64,000 bases of DNA from an uncultured Bacteroidales bacterium (GCA_963822145.1 CAWGGG010000005.1:221899-285898); one strand, 5' to 3'. Counted from the stretch's first letter, positions 26,785-34,916 are shown. Notes: generated by a model not told the origin, from the sequence alone. Numbers and translations: made by a program.

Positions 26785-28129
26785 AAACTACCGGCTGAAT
26801 ATTATTTTTCGTGTAATCCTGCTGGTTGCGACCATTTACCTGCTCTATTACACACTTAAATCAAACTTGTTTATTGCGCCTGTCATTGTGGCAGTTATTG
26901 TAATATTTCAGGTGGCCTCTCTCATCCGTTACCTGGATAAAACCAACCGGGAACTGACCAGTTTTCTGCAATCCATAAGGTTCTCAGAATTCACCCGCAC
27001 TTTCCAGATTGAAGGGATGGGGGGGACTTTCAATGAGTTGAACAAGGCCTTCAATGAAGTTATGCAGGATTTTCAGAAAGTGCGGGCCGAAAAGGAAGAA
27101 AGCTTTCATTACCTGCAGACAATTGTGCAGAATATTGATGTAAGTGTGATTGCCTACAGCGCCGATGGCAACATTGAACTCATCAATAAAACCGCCAAGA
27201 AACTTTTCCAACTGGCTACCATCCGGAATATCAAATCGCTGGAAACCCTCAGCGCAGAATTGGTGACTACCCTGCTGAACATCAAACCTGGCGAGAACAA
27301 ACTGGTCAAAATCCAGTTCGAGGACGACATGCTGCAGCTGGCCATTTATGCCTCTACGATCAAGGTAAAGGACAAGCTCATTTACCTGGTGACCATCAAG
27401 GATATACAGAATGTACTGGAAGAGCAGGAAACAGAAGCCTGGCAGAAACTCATCCGGGTGCTCACCCATGAGATCATGAACTCCATAACCCCCATTGCCT
27501 CTCTTTCCTCAACGCTCGATCTGATGCTGAAGGGGATGGTGGCCCAGGGCGACAAGGAATCGCTGGAAATGGACCGGGAATCGGTGGGTGAGATACAGGA
27601 AGCACTGCAGACCATCAACAAACGAAGCACCGGCTTGCTCCATTTTGTCAATACCTACCGGAACCTAACCCGCATTCCCAAACCCAATTTCAGGCTTTGC
27701 AGCATCAAGGAGCTCTTCGAAAATATCGAAAAGCTCATGGAGGATGAAATCCGTAAATGCGGGGTGGAGTTCACCGTCAGGGTTGATCCCGAAAGTCTTG
27801 AATTTACGGCTGACGATCAGCTGATCGAACAGGTGCTCATCAACCTGCTGAAAAATGCCATCCATGCACTCAACGGCAAACCATCAGGGAAAATCCAGCT
27901 GTTAGGATTCATAAACAAAAGAGGTCGCATCACCCTGCAGGTGATTGATAATGGTCCCGGTATCCTGAAAGATGTACTTGATAAAATCTTCATACCATTT
28001 TTCACCACCAAACCCTCCGGATCGGGGATCGGACTGAGTCTGTCCAAACAGATCCTGCGTTTGCACAATGCCACCATAACGGCACATTCGGAGCCTGATG
28101 TGGAAACGATTTTTACCATGACTTTTTAG
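26774..28129 (+). CDS. sensor histidine kinase
   Basis: Two N-terminal TM segments, H-box LTHEIMNSITPI, N/G boxes (LINLLKNAIHAL, DNGPGI, GSGIGLSL). It overlaps the regulator gene by 11 nt. Confidence 0.85.
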   Translation: MGFRNYRLNIIFRVILLVATIYLLYYTLKSNLFIAPVIVAVIVIFQVASLIRYLDKTNRELTSFLQSIRFSEFTRTFQIEGMGGTFNELNKAFNEVMQDFQKVRAEKEESFHYLQTIVQNIDVSVIAYSADGNIELINKTAKKLFQLATIRNIKSLETLSAELVTTLLNIKPGENKLVKIQFEDDMLQLAIYASTIKVKDKLIYLVTIKDIQNVLEEQETEAWQKLIRVLTHEIMNSITPIASLSSTLDLMLKGMVAQGDKESLEMDRESVGEIQEALQTINKRSTGLLHFVNTYRNLTRIPKPNFRLCSIKELFENIEKLMEDEIRKCGVEFTVRVDPESLEFTADDQLIEQVLINLLKNAIHALNGKPSGKIQLLGFINKRGRITLQVIDNGPGILKDVLDKIFIPFFTTKPSGSGIGLSLSKQILRLHNATITAHSEPDVETIFTMTF

Positions 28130-28222
28130 GCTAAAGACTTTTAGGCTAAAGGCTTTTAGGCTTAAGGCTTGAAGCATCAGGTAACAACCTGACAGCCTAA
28201 TAGCCTAACAGCCTACTAGTCT
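28128..28222. repeat. inverted pair of short-unit arrays: AGGCT-type x6 (28128-28169) and AGCCT-type x4 (28194-28222)
   Basis: AGGCT/AGACT recurs every 7-8 nt starting inside the kinase stop codon. After a 24-nt spacer the complementary AGCCT/AGTCT recurs every 8 nt. This could form an imperfect long hairpin. Confidence 0.85.
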
Positions 28223-28273
28223 AATTTAGATTCATTCTACAGAATAATACATATAAACATATCTATATTTATC

Positions 28274-28281
28274 TATATTTG
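28274..28281 (+). promoter_or_regulatory. Bacteroidota-type -7 box candidate (TATATTTG)
   Basis: Matches TAnnTTTG, 14 nt upstream of the ATG at 28296. It lies inside the direct repeat atctatattt x2 (28261-28280). Confidence 0.3.
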
Positions 28282-28295
28282 TAGCAAATTTCATC

Positions 28296-28943
28296 ATGGA
28301 TACATCATCGATCAATATCCGTTACTCCGCACTGGCAGAAGAGTCCTGCTGTCTTTCCTGCGGCAGTGCCATCAATTTCGCTGAACCTCAGCCCGGGGAA
28401 TGTTGCATGGACCTCGGCAGCGGCAGGGGAACCGACGCATTGCGCATGGCAGAAGCAGTAGGTGAGAAGGGTTTCGTTTTCGGCGTTGATGCATCGGACG
28501 GAATGCTGGAAACAGCACAAAAAAATGCTGAAAAGCTTGGCATTTCCAACATCAGTTTCATGAAGTCGGATCTCGAAAGAATTGCCATACCGGGTGGAAT
28601 TGTTGACCTGATCATTTCCAACTGTACCATCAACCACGCTGCTGACAAGGTAAAGGTATGGGGCGAAATCTTCCGTATGCTGAAAGGGGGAGGCCGGTTT
28701 GTGGTAAGCGACATCTACGCGGTTGCCCCGGTGCCGGAGGATTACCGTAATGACCCGGTAGCTGTTTCGGAATGCTGGGCAGGCGCCATTACCCGTGATG
28801 AATATTTACAAACGGTTGCCCGGGCAGGTTTTACTGGAATACAAATCCTGGAAGAAAGCAAACCCTATGCAAAAGGTAAGGCTGAAATTGTTAGTTTTAC
28901 TATCTTTGGCAGGAAAGAGAAAAAATGCAGTTGTTGTTCTTAA
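28296..28943 (+). CDS. ArsM-like class I SAM-dependent methyltransferase with Cys-rich tail
   Basis: SAM motif CCMDLGSGRGTD. ArsM-like blocks LSCGSAINFAEPQPGE, VDLIISNCTINHAADK, GGRFVVSDIY and SECWAGAITRDEY. C-terminus EKKCSCCS. Confidence 0.8.
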   Translation: MDTSSINIRYSALAEESCCLSCGSAINFAEPQPGECCMDLGSGRGTDALRMAEAVGEKGFVFGVDASDGMLETAQKNAEKLGISNISFMKSDLERIAIPGGIVDLIISNCTINHAADKVKVWGEIFRMLKGGGRFVVSDIYAVAPVPEDYRNDPVAVSECWAGAITRDEYLQTVARAGFTGIQILEESKPYAKGKAEIVSFTIFGRKEKKCSCCS

Positions 28944-28963
28944 ATAACTATCTATCAAATATC

Positions 28964-29062
28964 ATGAAATCGCTGATATCAAAAAAGAAATCTCAGAAGA
29001 AGCAGAAAGTTGCTCAATGTTGTGCCAAAACCTCAAAAGTTGTAGCCGGCTGTCACGACTGA
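28964..29062 (+). CDS. unannotated 32-aa Lys-rich, three-Cys peptide (candidate precursor/scaffold peptide)
   Basis: ATG at 28964 to TGA at 29060-29062 gives MKSLISKKKSQKKQKVAQCCAKTSKVVAGCHD. It starts 20 nt after the methyltransferase stop and ends 11 nt before the radical-SAM start. It is below the 60-aa ORF-track cutoff. Confidence 0.45.
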   Translation: MKSLISKKKSQKKQKVAQCCAKTSKVVAGCHD

Positions 29063-29073
29063 CCCTTTAAATT

Positions 29074-30390
29074 ATGGAGCTTTCCAGGCACAACATTCTT
29101 TCCAGGATCCATCGCTCCGATGAATACTTCCTGGTGAATGTGCTTTCGGGAAATGCAGATATACTCACCTCCTTGGAAGCTCAGCGGGTATTGGACAGAT
29201 GTGTGCTGAACGACCCGGAATACATCAGCAAAGGTTATGTTGTAGATCCGGCTCAGGAAGAAAAGGAATTCCGCATGAAATACCTCGATTTTCTGGATTC
29301 CAGGGATACAGATGAAATCCAGTTGTTTTACGTTCCATCCTTTGCCTGTAATTTCAGTTGCTCTTATTGTTACCAGGAAGGTTACCTGAACCAGGGCCCG
29401 GAATACGGCCCGGAAGTGGCCGATGCGTTCTTCACGTATTTGCAGATGAATTTCGCGTCAAGAAAGAAATACATTACATTATTTGGTGGAGAACCCTTGC
29501 TTGCCGGTCAGAAGAGCCGGGAATTCCTGGACTTTTTCACCAGGAGATGCCGGGAGTTGGATCTCGAACTTGCCGTGGTAACCAATGGTTATAACCTGGA
29601 GGAATATATACCCCTGTTATCGCGTACCCGGATACGGGAGATCCAGGTTACGCTTGACGGACCCGAGACTATTCATAACCTGCGCCGTCCCCTTAAAGGC
29701 GGACAGGGTACTTTCAGCAATATTGTTAGAGGCATTGACACTGCGTTGACTGCCGGATTACCAGTTAACTTAAGGGTGGTGCTCGATCGTGAAAATATCA
29801 CTGCTTTGCCTGAGCTGGCTCACCTTGCCATCAGCAAAGGCTGGACAGGGTCACCATTGTTTAAGACACAGCTGGGACGCAATTATGAATTGCACTTCTG
29901 CCAATCCAGGCAATCCAGTTTGTACTCAAGGATCGATCTGTACAGGGACCTGTATGAACTTATCCTGAAGGATCCCGGTCTGCTGCAATTTCATCGGCCG
30001 GCCTATTCCCTTTCGAAGTTTCTTTTTGAGAACGGTGAACTGCCGGCACCCTTATTTGATTCCTGCCCTGGCTGCAAAACCGAGTGGGCGTTTGACTATT
30101 CCGGCAGGATATTTTCCTGCACCGCCACCGTGGGGAAACCCGGCGAAGCGTTGGGTTCCTTCTGGCCCATCGTTGATTTGAACAAGCAACGTATTGAATC
30201 CTGGCAACAGCGTGATATACTGAGCATTTCGTCCTGCACTGGCTGTAACCTCAGGTTGGCTTGCGGAGGAGGATGCGCCAGTGTTGCCTTTAACCGTGAA
30301 GATAACCTGCATGCGCCGGACTGCAGGCCGGTTAAAGAATTGCTGGAGCTTGGAATCTCTTTATATTCAACACTTGAAAGTGAAGCGTGA
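29074..30390 (+). CDS. radical SAM / SPASM domain protein (peptide-maturase-type architecture)
   Basis: CX3CX2C at Cys92/96/99 (FACNFSCSYCYQ) after a ~90-aa N-terminal extension. C-terminal CPGC...SC...CTGCNLRLACGGGC (CX2CX5CX3C SPASM motif)...DC. Confidence 0.85.
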   Translation: MELSRHNILSRIHRSDEYFLVNVLSGNADILTSLEAQRVLDRCVLNDPEYISKGYVVDPAQEEKEFRMKYLDFLDSRDTDEIQLFYVPSFACNFSCSYCYQEGYLNQGPEYGPEVADAFFTYLQMNFASRKKYITLFGGEPLLAGQKSREFLDFFTRRCRELDLELAVVTNGYNLEEYIPLLSRTRIREIQVTLDGPETIHNLRRPLKGGQGTFSNIVRGIDTALTAGLPVNLRVVLDRENITALPELAHLAISKGWTGSPLFKTQLGRNYELHFCQSRQSSLYSRIDLYRDLYELILKDPGLLQFHRPAYSLSKFLFENGELPAPLFDSCPGCKTEWAFDYSGRIFSCTATVGKPGEALGSFWPIVDLNKQRIESWQQRDILSISSCTGCNLRLACGGGCASVAFNREDNLHAPDCRPVKELLELGISLYSTLESEA

Positions 30391-30438
30391 AGGGTTATGG
30401 TTGTTGCGAAAGATCTTGAATTAATTACTTAACATATT

Positions 30439-31710
30439 ATGAAAGAAATTGTAACGACTGATTTTGAAAAAGAAGTACTGCAGGGGGGTAAAGTCGTACT
30501 TGACTTTTATTCCACCGAATGTCCGCCATGTGACGCTTTGGCGCCAAAATTTGAATCCCTTGCCGACCTGTATGGTGAGGATATAACCTTTCTGAAGGTA
30601 TTTCGCCAGGGTAACCGTGATCTGGCAGAACGTCTGAGTGTCCACAGTTCTCCCACCCTAATATTTTTTGATCACGGGCATGAGGTGGGCATCCGTTTAA
30701 GCGGAGGGATCAAGCGCTCTGAAATCCTCCATAACCTGAATGCCATGCTGCCGGCAGAAAAGGTTTCTTCGATCAAAAGTCGCATTAAACCTCATACCAG
30801 TCCGTATGATGTTGCCATCATCGGCAGTGGGCCGGGTGGACTCACCGCCGGATTATACCTCTGCCAGGCACGTATCAATACAGTGCTGATCGATACAGGC
30901 CTGCCGGGCGGGCATGTCAGTCTTACCCACCAGGTATCCAATTATCCGGGTTTCATTGATCCTCAGCCGGGTTACCTGCTTTCACACAACATGTCGGAGC
31001 AGACCAAGAAATGCGGCAGTGTATTTAAGGTAGCAGTGGATGTTACCCGCGTTGATCTTGTGAATAAGGAAATTGTCATTGATGATTTTGAAACGGTTCG
31101 GGCCAGGAAGATCATCATTGCCACCGGGACCTCCCCGAACTACCTTAATATACCCGGTGAGAAGGAGTTCAAAGGGAAGGGAATATCTTATTGCGCCACC
31201 TGTGATGCCAAGTATTATGGTGATAAAGAGGTTGTCGTTATCGGAGGAGGCAATTCTGCAGTGGAAGAGGCCGAGTTTATTACCAAATTCGCCTCCAAAG
31301 TAACCATGGTGCACCAGTTTGATAAGTTTCAGGCCAACAGGCAGGCCCAGGAGAAATTGCTGGCCAATCCGCGTGTGCAGGTATTGTTCCGTCACGAACC
31401 CCGGTCCTTTGTCCGCCAGGGCGACAAAATGATTGTTACCGTCGAAAAACTGGAGAACGGAAATCTCAGTGAACTGATCACGGACGGCATTTTCATTTTT
31501 GTGGGATTAAAGCCCAATATCGATCTTTTCGGAGGGGCACTTACGCTTGATGACTGGGGTTACCTGAAAACAGATGAGGATATGCGGACAAACCTTCCGG
31601 ATGTATATGCCGTTGGAGATGTCAGAAGCAAAAAATACCGGCAGATCACTACAGCCATAGCCGATGGGACTATTGCTGCCATCAGCATCACGAGGGAACT
31701 GGATAGCTGA
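30439..31710 (+). CDS. thioredoxin-fold domain fused to thioredoxin-disulfide reductase-like flavoprotein
   Basis: N-terminal ~105 aa is a Trx fold with CPPC (VLDFYSTECPPCDAL). It is followed by DVAIIGSGPGGLTAG (FAD), CATCDA (redox disulfide), VIGGGNSAVEEA (NADPH) and YAVGDV. Confidence 0.8.
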   Translation: MKEIVTTDFEKEVLQGGKVVLDFYSTECPPCDALAPKFESLADLYGEDITFLKVFRQGNRDLAERLSVHSSPTLIFFDHGHEVGIRLSGGIKRSEILHNLNAMLPAEKVSSIKSRIKPHTSPYDVAIIGSGPGGLTAGLYLCQARINTVLIDTGLPGGHVSLTHQVSNYPGFIDPQPGYLLSHNMSEQTKKCGSVFKVAVDVTRVDLVNKEIVIDDFETVRARKIIIATGTSPNYLNIPGEKEFKGKGISYCATCDAKYYGDKEVVVIGGGNSAVEEAEFITKFASKVTMVHQFDKFQANRQAQEKLLANPRVQVLFRHEPRSFVRQGDKMIVTVEKLENGNLSELITDGIFIFVGLKPNIDLFGGALTLDDWGYLKTDEDMRTNLPDVYAVGDVRSKKYRQITTAIADGTIAAISITRELDS

Positions 31711-31869
31711 TGGCGTGTTAAACTTTTGTTAAAATCGGCATATTAAGATCCTGGTTTTCTTTCTCTTATTGCATGAATAGCCCTTGCCGGAGCATCATGA
31801 TTTGAACCTGGCAGGGATTATTGTGTTTAATGTATATTAATTAATTTGAAACAAAAAAATGACTGCATT

Positions 31870-32508
31870 ATGAACATGAAAAGAATATCTCACGGAATTG
31901 CTGCACTCCTGCTGCTTTTTTCAGTTTCAGCAAATGTCTTGCTGGCTCAGAAACAAAATGCCTCAAACAAGTTTGCTATCAATACAGCCGATAGTAAAGT
32001 GAACTGGATGGGCAAAAAACCAACCGGGGAACATACAGGTTATGTTAAACTTTCCAGTGGCGAAATCCTCCTGGAGAAGAAAGAAATCAAGGGAGGCTCA
32101 TTTGTAATTGATCTCAATACAATTATCAATACCGATTTGAAAGATGAAGGTATGAATGGCAAGTTGGTTGGACATCTGAAATCACCTGACTTTTTTGATG
32201 TGGCCAAATATCCCACGGCCAGATTTGTGATTACCAAGGTCACCAAAGCTCCAGAGACGACTGCAGGCGCTCCAAAAGCTACCCATACCATCGAGGGAGA
32301 CCTCACCATCAAGGGAATCACCAAGAAAATCAGGTTTGATGCCAGTATCAATGAATTGAACGGCAAGGTAACGGCAAGCACGGCCCCCTTCACTATCGAC
32401 CGAACCCTTTGGGGGGTTAATTACCAGTCTAAGTCGGTTTTTGCCGAACTGAAAGATCAGTTCATTTATGACGACATGACATTGTCTATTGACCTGGTCA
32501 CCCAATAA
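31870..32508 (+). CDS. YceI family periplasmic protein
   Basis: Signal peptide from ATG 31870 (the track start at 31846 is TTG). YceI-like pattern KVNWMGKKPTGEHTGYVK...GDLTIKGITKKIRFDA. Confidence 0.75.
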   Translation: MNMKRISHGIAALLLLFSVSANVLLAQKQNASNKFAINTADSKVNWMGKKPTGEHTGYVKLSSGEILLEKKEIKGGSFVIDLNTIINTDLKDEGMNGKLVGHLKSPDFFDVAKYPTARFVITKVTKAPETTAGAPKATHTIEGDLTIKGITKKIRFDASINELNGKVTASTAPFTIDRTLWGVNYQSKSVFAELKDQFIYDDMTLSIDLVTQ

Positions 32509-32535
32509 GATATTCTTCCTTTTTTTTCTTTAAAG

Positions 32536-32564
32536 ATCCCGTTTTCGAAACGGGATTTTTTTTT
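32536..32564 (+). terminator. rho-independent terminator
   Basis: Stem ATCCCGTT/AACGGGAT with loop ttcg, followed by T9. It lies 28 nt after the stop at 32508. Confidence 0.85.
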
Positions 32565-32669
32565 GTTCCGGCTATTCGTTCATGGAAATTCAGCATTCGT
32601 TCATTTTTTTTCCCAAACTGAAATACTTCTTCCATCTTTCGCCAAGATATAATACAAAATGAGGATGTC

Positions 32670-34916
32670 ATGAGGAATACTTTTTTAGTCTTACTGATAA
32701 TTCTACTGTCGTGGTTGGTTCCATTCAAACTGGCCGGGCAGGAATCTGTATCTATAAAACGCTTGAAAGCGCCTGTTGATTTTGATGGACGCCCCTTTGA
32801 ACCGGCATGGGAAAATCTGGAATTCTTTCCGTTGATCCAGAACCGGCCAAATTTCGGCAATGCCCCGATTGAAATGACGGAAGCGATGGTCGCTTATGAC
32901 GATGAATTTCTCTGGGTGGGAGCCCGCCTGTATATGCGTGATGCATCGAAGATCTTTGTCAACAGCAAAAAAAGAGATGCAGAGCTGTTTGGATTTGATT
33001 CCTTCGGTATATTGCTGGACAGTTATAACGACAATGAGAATGCCCTGGTGTTTTTCACCACTCCAACCGGATTAAGGACAGATTATGCGGTTTCCAAGGA
33101 TGCGGTGGAAGACGGCGGCCAGCAAGGTCCTCCGGGCATGGGAGCCCTGAACTTCAGCTGGAATACTTTCTGGGATGTTAAAACCACCCGTGATGACAAG
33201 GGATGGTACGTGGAAATGCGGATACCTTTCTCGAGCATCCGCTTCAAGCCACAGGATGATAAAGCTGACATGGGGCTGATAATAAGCCGCACCATCAGCG
33301 CCAACAGTGAAACCGACACCTGGCCTGCCATTGATCCCAAATATGGTTTTATGGCCACCAATAAACCTTCGCAAGCTGCCACGATTGAATTTGAAGGGGC
33401 CAGACCGAAAAAGCCCGTATACGTTTCTCCCTATGTGATCGGGGGTTTTTCGAGGGACTGGGTGCTTGACAGCACGGAAACACAATACCTGTCGGATGAC
33501 AATCCCCAATACAATGCCGGTTTGGATATAAAATACAGCCTGAACAGCAATCTGACGCTTGACCTGACAGCCAATACCGATTTTGCCCAGGTGGAGGCAG
33601 ATGACCAACAGGTGAACCTCACCCGGTATGATCTTTTCTTTCCCGAGAAACGGTCGTTCTTCCAGGAACGATCCAGTTTGTTCAGTTTCGGCCTGGGGGG
33701 CATGTCTGATCTATTCTACAGCCGGAATATCGGTATATCTGAAGACGGCAATCCCATCAGGATCTATGGTGGGGCAAGGATGACCGGAAGAGTGGGCATG
33801 TGGGATGTCGGTCTTCTGGATATGCAAACCAAGGAATACAAGGAAACTCCAAGTGAGAACTTCGGCGTATTGCGTTTGCGGCGCCAGGTGATCAACCCGA
33901 ATACTTATGTAGGAGGTATTTTCACTTCGCGACTTGGCATGAACGGTGATCAGAACCTGGCTTACGGTCTCGATGGGATCTTCAGGCTTTTCGGGGATGA
34001 TTACCTCTCTGTCAAGGGAGCACAGTCTTATGACAAGGAGATGGGAACCAGTCTGGCATCCCTTGACCCTTCCTTTTTCCTGGCGCAATGGGAACGGCGT
34101 TCCGAAGAAGGCTTTGCCTACAATCTTGGATATACCTATACCGGTGAGAAATTCGCGCCCGGGATAGGATTTGTGCAACGGCCCGGCATACAGGGATTTC
34201 AGGGAAGTTTACTTTACGGCTGGATGCCCGGTGAGCAGTCCAAATGGTTCAGCATTATTGCAAAAGTTATTGGAGAGCGATATACCAGGCTTTCAGATGG
34301 AGGACTTGAAAACATGCGTATCATGCCACAGGTGGAGTTCAATACAAAGAAAGAATATGGCGGCGAGATTTCTCTGGAATATCAGCAAGAAGGCGTGTTA
34401 GAGGACTTCCCCCTGTCGGACAGCATCTGGATCGAAGCGGGTGAATATTCATTTGCCTCTTTGGGCTTAGAATTACGCACGCCGCAATCCAAGAAGATAT
34501 CGGGCTTTTTGGGACTGAACGGCGGGGAGTTTTATGACGGGAAGAAATATGGGGTAATGTTTGGTCCGATGCTGAATATTGGTGCCAGTCTGCAGCTTTC
34601 CGCTCATTATGAATTCAATGCCCTGCGCTTTCCCGACCGTGAAACCAATAATTCACTGAACATCCATGCGGTCAATATGAAGGCCCTGTATATGCTGAAC
34701 ACCAAAATCTCAGCCAGCATCATGGCGCAATATGTCAATACGGAGGATGATTTCGTATTCAATTTCAGGTTCCGCTATAATCCACGTGAAGGCAATGACT
34801 TTTATATCGTGTACAATGAGTATCGGGGTCTTGACGGAAACAATGAGATACCGGCACCTCCCTCATACTACAACCGGACCATCATGTTAAAATATACCCA
34901 TACATTCATTTTTTAA
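32670..34916 (+). CDS. CBM9-like/DUF5916-type outer-membrane beta-barrel protein
   Basis: Signal peptide. N-terminal region IKRLKAPVDFDGRPFEPAWENL resembles carbohydrate-binding family 9-like modules. The long beta-rich C-terminal part ends in an aromatic residue (HTFIF). The family call is from memory. Confidence 0.5.
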   Translation: MRNTFLVLLIILLSWLVPFKLAGQESVSIKRLKAPVDFDGRPFEPAWENLEFFPLIQNRPNFGNAPIEMTEAMVAYDDEFLWVGARLYMRDASKIFVNSKKRDAELFGFDSFGILLDSYNDNENALVFFTTPTGLRTDYAVSKDAVEDGGQQGPPGMGALNFSWNTFWDVKTTRDDKGWYVEMRIPFSSIRFKPQDDKADMGLIISRTISANSETDTWPAIDPKYGFMATNKPSQAATIEFEGARPKKPVYVSPYVIGGFSRDWVLDSTETQYLSDDNPQYNAGLDIKYSLNSNLTLDLTANTDFAQVEADDQQVNLTRYDLFFPEKRSFFQERSSLFSFGLGGMSDLFYSRNIGISEDGNPIRIYGGARMTGRVGMWDVGLLDMQTKEYKETPSENFGVLRLRRQVINPNTYVGGIFTSRLGMNGDQNLAYGLDGIFRLFGDDYLSVKGAQSYDKEMGTSLASLDPSFFLAQWERRSEEGFAYNLGYTYTGEKFAPGIGFVQRPGIQGFQGSLLYGWMPGEQSKWFSIIAKVIGERYTRLSDGGLENMRIMPQVEFNTKKEYGGEISLEYQQEGVLEDFPLSDSIWIEAGEYSFASLGLELRTPQSKKISGFLGLNGGEFYDGKKYGVMFGPMLNIGASLQLSAHYEFNALRFPDRETNNSLNIHAVNMKALYMLNTKISASIMAQYVNTEDDFVFNFRFRYNPREGNDFYIVYNEYRGLDGNNEIPAPPSYYNRTIMLKYTHTFIF

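Noticed and set aside
28296-31710. Reading the methyltransferase/rSAM/Trx-TrxR genes as a standard arsenic-resistance (ars) operon.
   Set aside because: No arsR, arsC, acr3/arsB, arsA/D or arsH lies nearby. The rSAM enzyme has SPASM/peptide-maturase architecture rather than what I recall for ArsS/ArsL. I kept this only as one hypothesis.
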